Below are positions 22,062-35,525 of a stretch of DNA of 64,000 nucleotides, in pieces (the first letter of the stretch is position 1; every line of letters starts with the position of its first letter). A model generated the notes under the pieces. It was given only the letters and a program-made list of their open reading frames with translations. It was not told the origin of the DNA and ran no database searches. The translations under genes were made by a program, and so were the position numbers. The DNA lies in assembly GCA_905178155.1 (NCBI GenBank), contig CAJINV010000001.1, positions 2,408,089 to 2,472,088 of the forward strand, given 5' to 3'. The stretch is from Amoebophrya sp. A120 (taxonomy: Eukaryota > Protista > Dinoflagellata).

Positions 22062-24315
22062 TTACTTCACGAATTCTTCCAGTAGTCTCCGCACCTTCAC
22101 TTTATCCGTTCCCCCCTCCACCGGCATCACGGACGCGGGGTCCGCGCTATACCCGAACAACGCGAAATCCAACGCGTAGTGCTGCCGCACCAATTCGGCG
22201 AGCGCCCCGTCCTCTCCCCACAATTCCCCCCACGTCGTCAAACAATCTGCAGAGAACGATAAAGTTTTCGCGTCGAAGTCGCAGGCGTTCGCCCCCTCCG
22301 GCCGTTTGTTCGTGGTCGGGTAGACTTTGGGGAACGCGTGTCGCTCGTTGTATCTTGGGAGGATTACGTCCTTGTACTCCCCAAACCTACCATCCTCCAC
22401 ATAGTCAGAAGTCACCTCCAGTGGGTTGCCGGCGTCGTCTGCGACAAACATACGTCTTGATGAAGAAGGGTCGACTGCAGTAGTAGTGGTCTGTCCTGCT
22501 TCTGTGGAAGGAGTGGGTGATGTGTCTGCTGCACCATTTTCTGCTGCACGACAAAACCTTCCGTACAGTTCGCAAATCCTGTCGTACAGCTTTTCCAGAT
22601 CCTGTTTCATGGTCTCGAGGTGGAGAATGAAGATCTCGCCGCTGTCTGCGCTTTGGTCTACTTCTGTAGTTTCTGCTTGTTTATTTCCCGATCCCTGACC
22701 AAACAGAAACTTCTCCGGCTCTTCCCCGACCGTTTCCACAAATCTTTCGTCTTTCAGCATGTCGATTAGCGGTCGAATGTGGAAGATATCGCTCGCGTCG
22801 AACTCGAACGTAAAGTCCTGGCAGTGGTAAGCGCCAATATCAGCGGACTTCTCGCATTTTTTTGCCTTTTCCCGCGACTGAAACGCCGTGGCGTGGTCTT
22901 TGTGGAACGGCTGCAGACTGCGGAAATGCAGCAATTTCCGCACCCAAGCGCCAAAGTGCTTCCACGAGTAGTAGTAGCGGTCTTTCGTCCCCGGGAGAAA
23001 GCCCCGCTCCTCGTAGAAAAGCCCGGTGGACTGATTTTTGCTAGTCGCTGTCCCGACGTCGTCCGCATTGTCGACAACATCCACGTTGGGCAAAGCCGTT
23101 GCTGTTTTGGTCGTGCCTACTGCGAATAAACTTTCGTGGTTCTGCTCAGCCTCTTTCATGGTATCGTTGTATCCTTGCAGCCACCGGTACTTGTAGAACG
23201 AGACCAACCGCACGAACGGATTCCGTGCGACGAACACCCGCAACCGTCCGTGCCCCTTGGCGCAGCACAACGGGCAGAGGTGCGCGGGGGGCAGGAAGAG
23301 CCTTTTCTCCGCATTCATCTGCGTTTCTACATCCGCCGGCCAGCGGTGCATCACGCGGTTCGCGACGTGCGAAGCGGTTTCCTGGTCCACAACCCACCAG
23401 GAGGCTTCTTCGGAGAGCCAGTTCATCATATCTTGCGGCCGCAGCCGCATGTTCTCCGCGGCGTGGGATAATGTGGGCCAGACGTCCTCATGCTCCAATA
23501 GCCAGTTCAGACTGCTGGTCGTGCCGGACTTCGGCAGGACAAAGGCCGCGATGGGCAGATTTCGGGGGCAGTGGAACAGCTGGAAATAGAAGGGGCCGGC
23601 TTTGTCGGACCGCAGCTGGCAGTTGCTGTTGAGCAGGACGGTGTCTTCCTTCTTCGTGTTGTATCCTGAGTAAAAACGTACCCTGTAATGCAGATTTGCA
23701 AAGACAGGAAGACTTGTAATGCGCATCCGCATGAGTGCCATTTCTTATCGTGATTTGGAATTTGTGATGCTGTGAACAGGATGAGGAGGTGGATTTGTTA
23801 TGCGGCTTCCCTTGCTAAACTGCACTACAATACAGCCTGCAACTTGTCATGCGTGAGTCACAAAACTCCTAGGTTTGTGTTGCAAAATCCTCATCCTGAC
23901 TCTGGTGTGGGTACGTTTTTACTCAGAATATGTTGTTGCGCATCTTCGTGTGGAAGATGCACTGCGACGAGCCGTACGTGTACCAGTCGCAGTTATTCGC
24001 GTTTTGCTCGTCGCAGAGCGGAAACCAGAGCACCTGGTCCGCGTAGCCTGGGTTTTTGTAGCGCATAAACGACGCACGCCGGGCGTACCGGAGCTGCCGG
24101 AAAGTTTCCGCGTCGCGGGGCCAGGCATGGGCGGTTTTGATGTGTGCATTGAGGGCACTGTGCCGCAAAACCACAGCGACATTGATTTTCAAGACGCAAA
24201 GCGCGAAGTTTTGCAAAAATCGCTTGAGCTTTGAAAAAGGGACACTCCTTGAGCTTGCTTTACTTTCCGGCCTAGTGGAACAGCAAATTCCACACCCTGA
24301 AAAAACCTGGGTCAT
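22062..24315 (-). CDS. Carbohydrate sulfotransferase-like protein, paralog 2 (start uncertain)
   Basis: LPKSGTTSS and RNPFVRLVSFY motifs; shares VLLNSNCQ, QLFHCP, SDIFHxRP and LHLET with the 2551-6848 gene; frame joins across introner 23662-23930. Confidence 0.8.
23662..23930. mobile_element. Introner family B
   Basis: TATCCTGAGTAAAAACGTACCC...GGGTACGTTTTTACTCAGAATA; direct repeat TGTTG. Confidence 0.9.
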
Positions 24316-24569
24316 GACAGTCGTCGGAGCGAGCAGGCAGGATCAACAACGCCGATTTTCATTTTCCTATGATCAAAGGAAAAATTGCGATCTTCAACAG
24401 CTGAAGTCCGTTGACAAACGCAAAGAAAGCACCCGAAAACGAAAAACGCTGCGCCTCTGCATCTTCAACACCACCACGCATTCCTTCACTTGTGCTGCAA
24501 GTGCAAACGATGTCGATTTACGACGCGAACATCAGGCAAATCACAGCACTTGCTGACGTATGTGCGGAG

Positions 24570-26145
24570 ACCCGCGGAGCGGCTCCGCGTTTAAAAATTC
24601 CGTCGCCAGTCCGCATCTTCTTGGTGCCCTCTCACGCATTTGCACAGCGGCCCCACCCCGGCTGCATGGGGGCCACGAAAGAAAACGGCGGGCAACCCTC
24701 TCTGCAGCAGACAGGTTGCGCCGGCGGCCAAACAAAGCTGGCTCCCTCGGCAAGCACCCCGGGGCGCACATGCTATGCCGAATAATGTTCCAAAAATGCG
24801 TGGGCACAAGTGGGCATCGATTAGACTTCGCCCGCCCGCCGCCCCAAGGGGCGGGCGTCCCAGATGGCAACTCCTGTGCGGGGCGCATAAGAAAGAGAGA
24901 ATGGCCCCGGCGCAGCGGGCGCGCGCCCGGCCGCGGCACGGCGGGCCCCGTAGCAGGTTGCACAACAGAAGCGGCAGGCGCTTCGGCCCGGGCCAAACAC
25001 AGGCCGCGAGGCGCGCACGCACCCGGCGCCCTGCGAGCGCGGCCAAAGGCGGCGAGCGTGCGGGGCCCTCCTTTCTGTTGCTTGCCTCGACGTCGGCCAC
25101 ACCATCAGCATGGCGCGGCGGCTCCTGCCAATTCTGGGCCGATGAAGCCGATCCCTGCGCCGGATCCGCCGCCGCGGCGCGCAGCAGCGGGACGCCCTGG
25201 GCCGTTACCTGCTACCGCCAAGCGGCTTGGCTGGCGGGGCGAGGGGGCAGGCCGCGTTACGCGCCCGCGCCCAACTGGAGGCGCCTTTTTTGCACTCCTC
25301 CGCAAGGTCTTATGAGCGGCCTCGCCCGCCGGTTTCGATTCGCAGTTGGATGGCCGGCCGCAGCTTGGCGCATCCCGGGGCCAACAGGGCCGCCAACTCA
25401 ACAGCCGCGCCGGCGGTCTGGCGCAGCCGCGATGCCGCCCGCCCGGATTACCGGACCGGCGTCGTGGGCCCCCGGAAAGGGGCCCGCCCGCGGCCCCAAT
25501 CAGCCGAGCAGTGTGCTGCGGGCGCGGACGTCTAGGCCCCGCGGGCTCTGCATGCGATACAGCGCCCCGGCTGCGCCTCCGCCAGGCCGCGCGCCAGCAT
25601 TCTGAAGCAAAGGCCGTCCCAGGGGCCCCGCCACAGCGTGCGCCAGCGGCCCCGAGGCTGCGCCATCCGTCGCCAGGGCGCCCAACATGTCGAAGCTGTT
25701 GCCCGCCGGCCCCACCCTCCCGGCCCGCCGGAATCTTGTCCGGCGCCCTCTGTCTATGACGGCGAAGCGCTGCGCAGCTAGCCCTTGTTCCCCCGGTACA
25801 CATGGCCCGCGAAGTCGCACGGGGTTCATTCCGCCCGCTCTGCTGTATTCGCGAAAGGCTGCGCGCCCTCTCTCTTTCGGAAGGCACGCGCAACAGACAC
25901 ACGGCCGGCCGGGCCATGAGGGTGCGCCTGGCCACCTCGGGGCGGCGCCGCCCATTTGGCTGCGCTCTTTTTTCTGCGTCGCTGGATGCCCCCAAAACTT
26001 CAGAATTGCTAAGGCGCTCGAGGATGCAGCAACTCGCTTCGCGTAGGGAACTGCAAAATGAACAACGAAAGAAAGTCATGGGCTCAGCCTTCGGCTAAGG
26101 CTGGCGTACTTTGCTGCTCAGATTGAAAAACATCTGGCGACTTGA
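24570..26145. other. GC-rich non-coding island, possible mobile element
   Basis: Abrupt GC increase; only P/R/A/G-rich ORFs in all frames; hairpins at both edges. Confidence 0.35.
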
Positions 26146-26461
26146 ATGCGACGTTTCATTTCCGAGCTAAGCTCCACGTCCGCGTGTTCTTTTTCGGAAT
26201 CCGAAAGATATCAGAGGTCCTCAGCACCACAATACTAATACTAAGATTCTGCACATACGCTAAGTGCCAAGCACAACAAGAGTCCTCGAATTCATAAATA
26301 CTTTATGAGCAACTTCATCTACACTCTATTCTCAAATAAACGCAAGAGTCGAAGAACCGCACTCAAGTGCCAAGCCGCGTCTTGGAAAGCCGCGCAGAGG
26401 ATGAAGAGAAGAATAGGATAGATACATACTAAGTCCATGAAAAAATATCGGCATAGCAGCA

Positions 26462-29400
26462 TCAAATCGTCCTGTGTCCTCCGAAAACGAAGTTCAACTC
26501 GGGGGAGAAATCGTACCCCGAGGAACCTCGCCACATCGACGCCGAAGCTCGCCTCTCCCTCGCCCTCAAACGGTTCCGGCGCTCCAGAATATCGCGCACG
26601 GCGTAGGCGTCGGCAAGAATGCGGCTGGTCAAGTGGCCCCACCAGTTGTTTACTTCTTCCGATATCCTGGGCGTGTCTGGAATCCCAGGCTTAGTTTCAA
26701 AAAATACGTCACTGCCGATTCTTGTCTCCTTCGGTCTGGTCGTAGCCGGAGAGGAAGATGAGGGAGATGACGACTCCCTGTCAGCAGGAGCTGTTGCACC
26801 AGTCACAAGATTTGTGCTGCAGTTGCAACACTCTTCGAAGTAACTTTGCATTTTTGCAGGAGTCGTAGTAACTGTAATCGTCGTCGTGGGTGGCAGTGGT
26901 AGAGGACCAACAATTTCTCGCAAGGTTTTCGTCCCCGTTTGCGTCGGAGGATGAGCGCATGGACCAGGACCGCACTCCAACGCCTCCAATAACAACTGTT
27001 GCCCAGCAGCCGCTCGAGAGGGGGAGTTGTCGGCACTGCTAGTCGTCCCAGTGGTTGTTCCGGCTGTCGTTGAGGATGAACCCGAAGACGTCGAAAGTTG
27101 CACCGCCGACCGTGCGGCCGCGGCCAGATTGGTCCGAGCCTGTTCTTTGTCAAACTCCGGATTTGAGAGAAAAGGATCAATGAGTCGGGGCGACATAATT
27201 CTTCTAGGCTCTGCATTTATTTCATCACCATCCGACTCCACCGTTTCGGCGTCCATCTCGTCTCGCTTATCAAAAGGCACTTCCAGCACATCGTCAAGCA
27301 GCACAACCGGCGAGGTCGGAGACAAAGACGACCCCGAGGGCGCGTTATTGTGCAGGGAGGAGGTCGGGGACAGAAGCCGGTCCGCCGACCCCAGCGGGAT
27401 CCCGACCACGTCGCACACGGAGGCTAAATCCTGTTCCGCTTCGTCATCCGCAAGTATGCCTAGCAGCCCGGCATCCACATCCTCTATCCACCGTTTTTTG
27501 AATTCTTGATCATTCGGATCAATCCCCAACGTGAGAGCCAGCTTCTCCGCCTCGAGTTCTCTGTTATCTTGGCTAGACGAGGGAGCTGCACCAGCGGGGG
27601 ATGTTCCAGCAGCTGCTTTTCTGCCCTGGTAATTTTCGTTCAGTCCGGCAATCTCTGCCGCTCGCGCTCGCGCTTCCGCACCCGCCTGAATCGCGTCGGC
27701 GACAACGTGTTCCATCGTCACGTTACTGTCTGTACTGGTGTTCGGGGTGCTCGGGACCGTGTCTGGAGGTAGCATCTCTTGCCACGTTTCCCCCGAGGGG
27801 ATCGTTGGTAAAGTCGCTAGATGTACCTTCCGGTATTTGTGCTTGGTCCGGCTCCCGAGCGTCGGAGGGTCGACCGGCGGAGGCAAGGGCTCTTTTCTTT
27901 CGTCCGGTCTTCCTGGCGGCGGAGGCGGCGACCAGTCGACCGAACCGTTTCGGCGGTGCCGGTAGAACCGTTTCACCGGTTGCACGTCGCCGACTGCGCC
28001 GGACGAGCTGGTCTCGTCCCCGCCCGAGTTGGCGCCCGCGCTCTGCGAGTCTGCGGTTCCGTCCGAGTGGTCCGACACTGGCTTATTTGCCTCCACCTCC
28101 TGCTTCCTGCGCGGCAAGGGCGCGATGCGGCCGGAGACGTGTTGGTTCAAGATCCAGTCGCTGGCGGACTTACTACTTGGCGCACTTCCGTGCTGCCGGA
28201 CGGCTTCGCGAAGATTACAGAAGTATTCGTCCTCGTTCAAAGCCTGCAAGATCTCGATCAGAGTCGCGGCCGTCCGCGTTTCCAGCGGCAGGAGGCTTTC
28301 CAGCAACTTTTCCGGGTCAACCACGGCATCGTAGTGGTTGCCCACGTGGAGAATGGGCAGGTTGACGTCTCTTCCAGATTCGTCATCCGGGAAAAAAAGC
28401 GACCCGCCAGTGCAGTGGTCAACCACTTCAACGCGAATCTGTAGACAGTTTGTACACGTAGTACAGTAAAACTATTTTTCAGTGAGAGGGCCATTTATTG
28501 AGACGGAGCATCAATCCTCATGCTGAAAGTGAAACGACGACGAGAATGAAACCACGACATCCAAAAACACGTGCCGCTAGTTGTACGTACCCTACCTGCG
28601 GCCATAGTTTGGTCAGCGCCCATATTTCCAGATTGCCCGCCCAGGTATCGGGACTCCGCAACTTGTCTAGATGCGACTTCCGCGTTCCGCCCAGCAGCTC
28701 CGGCCCCAGGGTTTCGTCGTCGCCGAAATCGCCAAAAATGTTTTCCCAGGCTGCCTCCATGAAATCGCACATGTAGTGGCGAAAATCGCCGGAGCTAAAA
28801 GGGAGAAGTTTGAACCTGGCATCCTCCTCCGACCAGTTCTGAGTCTGCTTGATATCAACCTTCTTCTCTGCATCTTCACTTGATGAAGAGGAACTTTCGT
28901 CCCCATCCGCTGCACTTTGTTCGTGGTTCCGAGTACTGGTTCCGATGTTATCCTCGTCTACATCTTCAGCGTCAGCCCATCTACTTACCCTTCCAGCATT
29001 GTGTCTCTTGAATATGCCACCGCGTCTGCGGTCGTCGTGCCGTGGCGTCATTTCTTCGTCTTCTTCAAAGACAAACTTCACGTCCTCGCTGTCTCCTACC
29101 CGGTCCGGCCGCAATAGAGACTTGCTCTTCTTGATGCTCGTTCGCTGCCGTTGGGGCTTGGTCTCTTTATTATTTCCACTTTTCTTCCGAAAACCAGCAT
29201 TCTGCTTTGATTTTGCTGTGCTTTGCCCCACTCGCCTTAGGATGTCCGTCAGCGTACTGCGATCTTTCTCCGTGCAGCCGTGTCTCGTTGTGCTTGCGGC
29301 GGCAGTGCTGAGAAACGAGAAGCAGGAGCTGCATCCCTCGGCCGTTGCGTCTCTCTGTAGTCGGTTAGAAGTAGTAGAGTCCGGGCTGGTTTCCGGAGCC

Positions 29401-31123
29401 AGGTCGGGTGGTCGGTTTATTTTTTCTCCGTTGATATTCTTGTTTATTGTTCCGGTTGTCGATGCTAAATCCATATCGTCTGTTCGATCCATGCTGTTGA
29501 GCTTTCGTATTGCCAAGCCGTCGTCCTCATCTTCCGGTGCGACCGTCCCGTGCGTTCTGTCTGGGTCGCTCGAGCACGTGATGATAGCAGCTTCCTGCGC
29601 AACAGGCTCGGGCCGTGCGGCGGTGCTGGCTTTAGTTGCTGTTGAACTATTGTTCTGTCTGACAGGCTTTGGCTCGCACAGAGAATCCGGCACCGCTGCT
29701 GCGCAGGTGGATCCGAAACAACTACTGGAACAGCTATCTTTGGGTCGTTTTAACATCGCTTCTTCCACGGAGCTCTCCTCTACCTCGGTTGTGCGGTGAT
29801 TTTCCGCTTCTTGTTCCGCCCCATCAACGCTCTTCGTCTTCACCGCAGCACCGAATTTCTCTGGAAAATTCACACTCAAAACCTGCCGCACGACGGCCCT
29901 GAGCCGGGGTAAGTAGGCGAGTTGCCAGTGCAGTTGGAACTGGATGCTGGAGAACCAGCAGCTGTATGCAATACAAATATGTCTGGGTCTGGAAGGGGGC
30001 GAGGTTTGTCATGCTTTGTGAAGCGTGTCCAAGATGAGACCGCTTTGCTTGTCATGCGAGAGCGCAGTTCGTCATGCCAAAAACGCAACACTACGTAAGC
30101 AGCGCAGATATTTTTCATGCTTGGCTGTGCACTACAGCGTACTCACTATTCCCCACTCAGCATTACAAGTTTCCAGACCCAAAAATGTTTGCAGTGGATA
30201 AGCTGTTATCGGGATCAATCTTCACCGCTTTCGCCGTCCCCCTCACCAACGCACCGTCCCTGGGGAGCACCTTCAAGGGGCGCGGTCTCGTTGGTCTGGG
30301 AGACCGATCTGCGGGATCTCGCCGGTCGGCGTGGTCCCGTTTTTTTGCGGCGCTGCATGGACTGCTGCTACTGCTCCACTTAGATGCACGATAGGGGTCG
30401 GGACTGCCAGCACATTGGTCCTCTCCGGGGTGGACCAGGTGGTGCGAGCTCGCGTCCCAAATCCAGGGGTTGTCGCCATCTGTATAATGCATTTGATTTC
30501 AAGTCGATAGTTCTAGGATACTTCCTTCGCGAGGAGGTGCGACGTAAACATTCACGAATATTAAAATCAATTCACCGGCTCACAGTTGGTTCATATGAAG
30601 AGCAAAAAACCCGTACGTTGCAAGAATTGGTACAGTCCCCGCAAAATCCCCCTTCCCGCTGGGCCCCGAACATGTCAAAGCCATCATCGTCGAGGCAGCT
30701 GCCCGGGGTGGCGGGATGGAATTGCCCGATCAGCGGCATCCCGTCCTCATCCGTGCCTTCCGCACGGGATCGACTCGGTCGGTTGTCCAGCTGCAGTGGC
30801 GACACGAAGAGGCGAGTAGGCCGCCGAGCGCCCAGCTTGTTGCTGGACGGAGTGTAGTGCGCTGCGCTTGACGAGGAACTTGCGGATGCGGAGGAGGATC
30901 CTGCATTATTTCTCGCGGACATGCCGGTGGCTGCACTCCTGCCCGCTAGCAGAGAAGCCTGCGCAAGTTGGGGCTCGCGGCTCATGGCGGAAAAAACGCC
31001 AGCCTCGTTCGCACACCTCATGGCCCCCCAACATCCGGGGACAATCAGTGATCCGCACGTGACTGCGGCAGAGGACGGCATTTGGTTCTGATCCAGGCGA
31101 ACAAAACGGGAGGGTAGAGACAA
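26462..31123 (-). CDS. OTU-family cysteine protease (deubiquitinase-like) with long low-complexity insertions; start uncertain
   Basis: Cys box KIDPDNSCWFSSI is formed across introner 29965-30200; also WAGNLEIWAL and His box LHVGNHYDAV; GT-AG intron 28439-28594 is in frame. Confidence 0.7.
29965..30200. mobile_element. Introner family A
   Basis: Family A TIRs; direct repeat AGCTG. Confidence 0.9.
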
Positions 31124-31682
31124 GGCACGTTTTCGTGCTTGCGGCTGGGGGACAAAAACTCAAAACATACCTTAGGTGCTTCACCAGAGCAGAAAAAGTA
31201 CAATGCTGGGAACGATCGGAATGGAAGATGATCTCGGAATTCTTGCTGTTCACGTTTCTAAGAAGGATCTACTGTCGATCCCTATGTTTAAGTAGACGTT
31301 TCTCTCCATAGCCCGCACCTGGAGAAAGGTGGATCTGCTTCGATCTGGAAGTGGATCTCTAATCGTAATCGTACGGGACGAACAATAGCAAAAAACAACA
31401 TTGAAACAAAGTTCTTGGCTCGCTGCCGCAGGAGAGCAAGGTGGATGTCCGTCGTGTCCGTAGTAGACTTTGAAATCGAAAATGGCGACGGCTATGGCAA
31501 CGCAGAAAGATAACAACATTCAAGAACTGCAACTGTCTGCATTCAAGGTTTGAATTCGAATCAGATCCTACATTTGTGATGTGCTTACATACTCAGAAGT
31601 TCTGCTTTCTCTATCTCATTCGCAACGCATGTTCGACTGAAGCTGTTCATTCAAAAAAAACGCACATCAAGAACTCTTCCGC

Positions 31683-32321
31683 CTACCAATCCACCGGCAC
31701 TGGGAAGAGCACCTGCGTATTGGTCGGATCGAGCGGAAACCCGAAGGGTGCCTTGGCCTGAAACCTTTTCTCCTCGGCGTACTGAATCCCAGCCTTCTCC
31801 GCCTCCCCCCGCTCGTTATCCGGGATTTTCTGCCCCGTTTCCGGGTCTATCATGTTCATGTCGTTCGCCCGTAAAGATCCTTCGGTCTCTTCCTTCAGCT
31901 TCCGCGTCTCCGCCGACTGCAGCACCAGCGGTTGTGTCGCTAAGGCCGGGTGGTGGCTTTGCGGGTAGAGGGTAACGAGCTTGTACTCATTCAACGGCTG
32001 CTTCTCTGGAAATGGCGGCGGAATCAGCTTTTTCATCACGGACATGAGGCTGAAACTCGTGCTGCGTAATGGTTTATTTCTTTTGCCTGATGTGGTCCAC
32101 CTGGCGGACGCGTTCGCGACCTGGTGCCAATCTGGAACTGGTAGGCAGCTTGTCAGTGGTGAAGATGAGGACATTGATGATCCTGCAGCACCTCCTGAGA
32201 GAAGCCCCTGCTTACAAAGCTGCGAAACCGCTTTTGTGTTTGTCTCTGCGTTGGCGCATGACGAAGAACCAAAATGAAAGCCCTGGTGCGGGCCCAGCAA
32301 ACTTTCAAGAAGAACGCCCAT
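31683..32321 (-). CDS. Hypothetical protein
   Basis: 212-aa ORF with protein-like C-terminal half (AKAPFGFPLDPTNTQVLFPVPVDW); no family recognised. Confidence 0.5.
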   Translation of the reverse strand: MGVLLESLLGPHQGFHFGSSSCANAETNTKAVSQLCKQGLLSGGAAGSSMSSSSPLTSCLPVPDWHQVANASARWTTSGKRNKPLRSTSFSLMSVMKKLIPPPFPEKQPLNEYKLVTLYPQSHHPALATQPLVLQSAETRKLKEETEGSLRANDMNMIDPETGQKIPDNERGEAEKAGIQYAEEKRFQAKAPFGFPLDPTNTQVLFPVPVDW

Positions 32322-33222
32322 CGTGTTCTTGATATTGATGCGATAAGCGACAAAATTTACGGGGAACCAGTCATCTATATCTTCTGCATTAAGTGTTTAT
32401 TACGTGACTTAGACCTATCGTGCCCGTGATGATCAAGATAGACAAGGACAACTCACGCACGATACAGAAACGAAGTGACGGCAACGAGCGAATTTCAAAA
32501 AGCGATATCAAGCTCGGTAAAACGACGACGTCGAAGAAACGAATGCCACATACGAAAGATGACCAAGTTCACTCTCAGGTAAAAGGTGTTCTATCATGAA
32601 TGTCTGTTGCACTTCGACAAAAAGAAAAGCCGGACGCCTTGCCCTTGCATCAACCCGTTATTGCCAAAACCGTCGTGATCATTTTGCGTACACATTTTCT
32701 GTCATCATGACAAGGCTCTTCGTATGGTCCTCCACCTTTCGTGGATTCTAGATAGCAGGAGCTGCTTGTTTACTTCATCTTCCAAGTCGACGTTTCCGAA
32801 ACGACTATACTTCCAGTCTGATTCTTCCTGTTGTCAACGAAACTCCTAAAAGTCATCTTACAAAGAAAACCGCTTGGAAAATCCTTCAGGCGGGTTACGC
32901 CCGAGCGAGAAGCTAGAACGATATTTTACCGTGTAGAACTTTTTTAGAAGTTTTTCCGAGCAGCAGCAGCTGCTAAAAATACAAATAGTGTGTGTGTGCT
33001 TATTGTAAATTATAAAAGAAACCTTCGAGGAATGGGACTCTGTCAAACTCAAAAGTGCCAAGTACGGCAGCTGGGATACTTGTTAATAAAACTCAATTCG
33101 AAAAGGGGTAGGGGCACATCGTCGTCGCGAGGATAGCGGATTGCTATGCAGAGATACCTGACTGATTCTAAGTAGGCTGGCTAAGAAGACATCATGATCA
33201 ACGGGTACGACAAATTTGTCGA

Positions 33223-35525
33223 CTACTTCTTTTGCTTTTTCAGCGCCGGGCCTGCTGAGCTCGAAGAAGCCACTGCCGCGGCGGTGCTGGCCTTCTCTTT
33301 TTCTCTCAGCGCCTCCAGCTGCGCGACGTTCTTCATCCATTTGGGGGCGTTCGGTCGCTGGGCCTTCTTCGCGATCTGGTTTGATTTGTTGATGAGATTT
33401 TATTTTCGGTATCAATTTGTTTTGAAGATCAGCATAAAACTCAAACTCAACGACAGGAACACTTGATGTCCGCTTTCACAACAAAATATGCGCACCAAAC
33501 AACAACATTTTGATGTTGCAACAAATCTAAATCACAACATCAAAATCAATACCTCTGCCGCCCAAGTATTTATCTCCTTCGCCTGCGTGATCGGGAACAC
33601 TTCCGCCACTGCGGCTTCGAATCCCCTCTCTATCAAAAGGAAAAATCCCCCCTCCCCATATCGAAACGAAGTTTCTGATGCTGGATTTCCATACACAAAT
33701 CAGATTTGTATTGCAGTAGAGGAGTGCAGGCATATGCCAAGCCTCAGTCGAGAGGCTTTGACGTATGCGCCTAGCATGACAAACGTGTATGCTCTAAGCC
33801 AAACAGCATGAAAAACCGCCTGCAAAATGCGGAAGGCTTTCTGGACTTGCCTTCTTGCAAGACAGACAGGATTTGAGGTCACAAATGCGCATCACAAATT
33901 TTCAGACGGATACGTTTTCGATATGGGGTGGGGGGATTTTTCCTTTTGATACTCTCGTCCAACTGTTCAAACCGGTACCCGACGTGGGGCTATGCATTGC
34001 AAAAGTGTCTGGGTCTGGAAACTTGTGATGCAAATCTAGGAATTGTGGGCGCACTGCAATACGCAGCCCAGCATGACAAGTTTTTGCGCTGCTGTGTGTT
34101 TCGTTTTTCGCATGACAAACTGCGCTTTTGCATGACAGGCAAGAGGCCCTTTGCCTGCTCATGCATCACAGATTTAAGACTCATGCCAGACAAGCATGAC
34201 AAACTTACATTCTTCCAGACCCAGACATATTTGCATTGGATAGGGGCCGCAGCTTGACAAACTTGTCGAGGATCACCTTGTTACCGGACTTTTGCCTCAT
34301 GGAGTGCTCGGTGTAGGATTTGTAATTCTGGGCCCACTCCTTGACGAGAAACGCCTCGGTGATCTCATGCTTTAAGGGAATGAACTTGTTTCTTCGCCGC
34401 GCATTCGCAGGGGGGAGCGCGATATCGACCAAGTCCTCGTGCGTGCCCGTAAAGACGGATCTCCCGTAGTGGAAAATTTGCTGCATGGGGAGGTCCGCCT
34501 CCAGGAGCCGTCGCAATTCGTCCGACAAAGACCGGAGATTCAGCACCTGAAACATCCCGGCGGAGGAAGAGGACCCGGAGTAGGATTCTGTTTTTTTAGT
34601 AGCTTTGATGCACATATTTATTGTCCTTCTTACGAACTTCTCACATCTTCAAATTAAAACCAAAGGTAGGACAATGGAATAAAATTCATTGTTGAAAAGC
34701 AAAAGTAGAAAAATTTTTTCTTCTGCAAATTTTGAATATGATGTACGTTCCGATCCATCGTCGCTGTCTTCGAAGTCAGATTCCCAGTCGTTCTTGCCCT
34801 TCTGCTTGGGCGGTTTGTACTGCACCGGGTAGACCTCGCCCAGTTCCTTCTCGAACTGATTCCTGACCGCCCGTTCGGTCGACAAGCGGGCCAACACGGC
34901 AGGGATTTCCTCGTCCGACTTCTTGAGAAATTTGTCAGTCTTCCTCGGCACGTCAATCCACTCGAGTCCTTGTGCCCCGGTTTCCCCGTCTTCCTGCAAC
35001 CGGCCGAGCACGCGGTAGGTGGGGCGGTGTGCGTGCTTCTCGGTGTAGACGTTCTTCAGCAGGACAAAAAGTTCGCTGGAATCTTCATCGTCACCGTACC
35101 GCATCGCGTTCCCCTGCCAATGCTTCACGGGCTGTTGTGTTGACTTGATATCTTCAATTTTTCATGTCAAGAAATACTTGGTGCTGCTTCTTGCAACTTA
35201 ACATGTTCGATTCATGAGAAAGAGAAGGTATCTATGATGGCATTCCAATAAACTCAAATCGCAAAACAAGAATGAAGTGAGTTGTATTTTATACATTCGA
35301 TCTGCCGTCAATCCTGACCGATGCCGCGCCACTTTCGCTGGGTTGTTGCAGCAAGACATTGTTCTGAACGCCGCCAAGCTTCGCCAGATTCTTCGCGTTA
35401 ACCGGTTGTGGCGGGGCCGCGGCTTCCGCGATCGGTGCCTTGGACGAAACGGACTTAGAGGGAGCGGACTTTGACGCCTTCATGTCCACAGACTTCGAAG
35501 ACTTCAACACACCGGCCTTCGGCAT
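33223..35525 (-). CDS. Hypothetical multi-exon protein
   Basis: ORFs 35289-35525, 34649-35128 and 34205-34615 continue in frame across two introners (KLRP-HVGYRFEQLDER-GFEAAV) and a GT-AG intron to ...KKQKK-TAG. The upstream junctions were not verified. Confidence 0.65.
33631..33951. mobile_element. Introner family C (opposite orientation to 5772-6101)
   Basis: TATCAAAAGGAAAAATCCCCC...GGGGGATTTTTCCTTTTGATA; direct repeat CTCTC. Confidence 0.9.
33991..34242. mobile_element. Introner family A
   Basis: Family A TIRs; direct repeat GGGGC. Confidence 0.9.

Noticed and set aside
24541-26098. Overlapping 250-320 aa ORFs in the GC island
   Set aside because: Open in several frames on both strands owing to GC content; P/R/A/G composition without domains.
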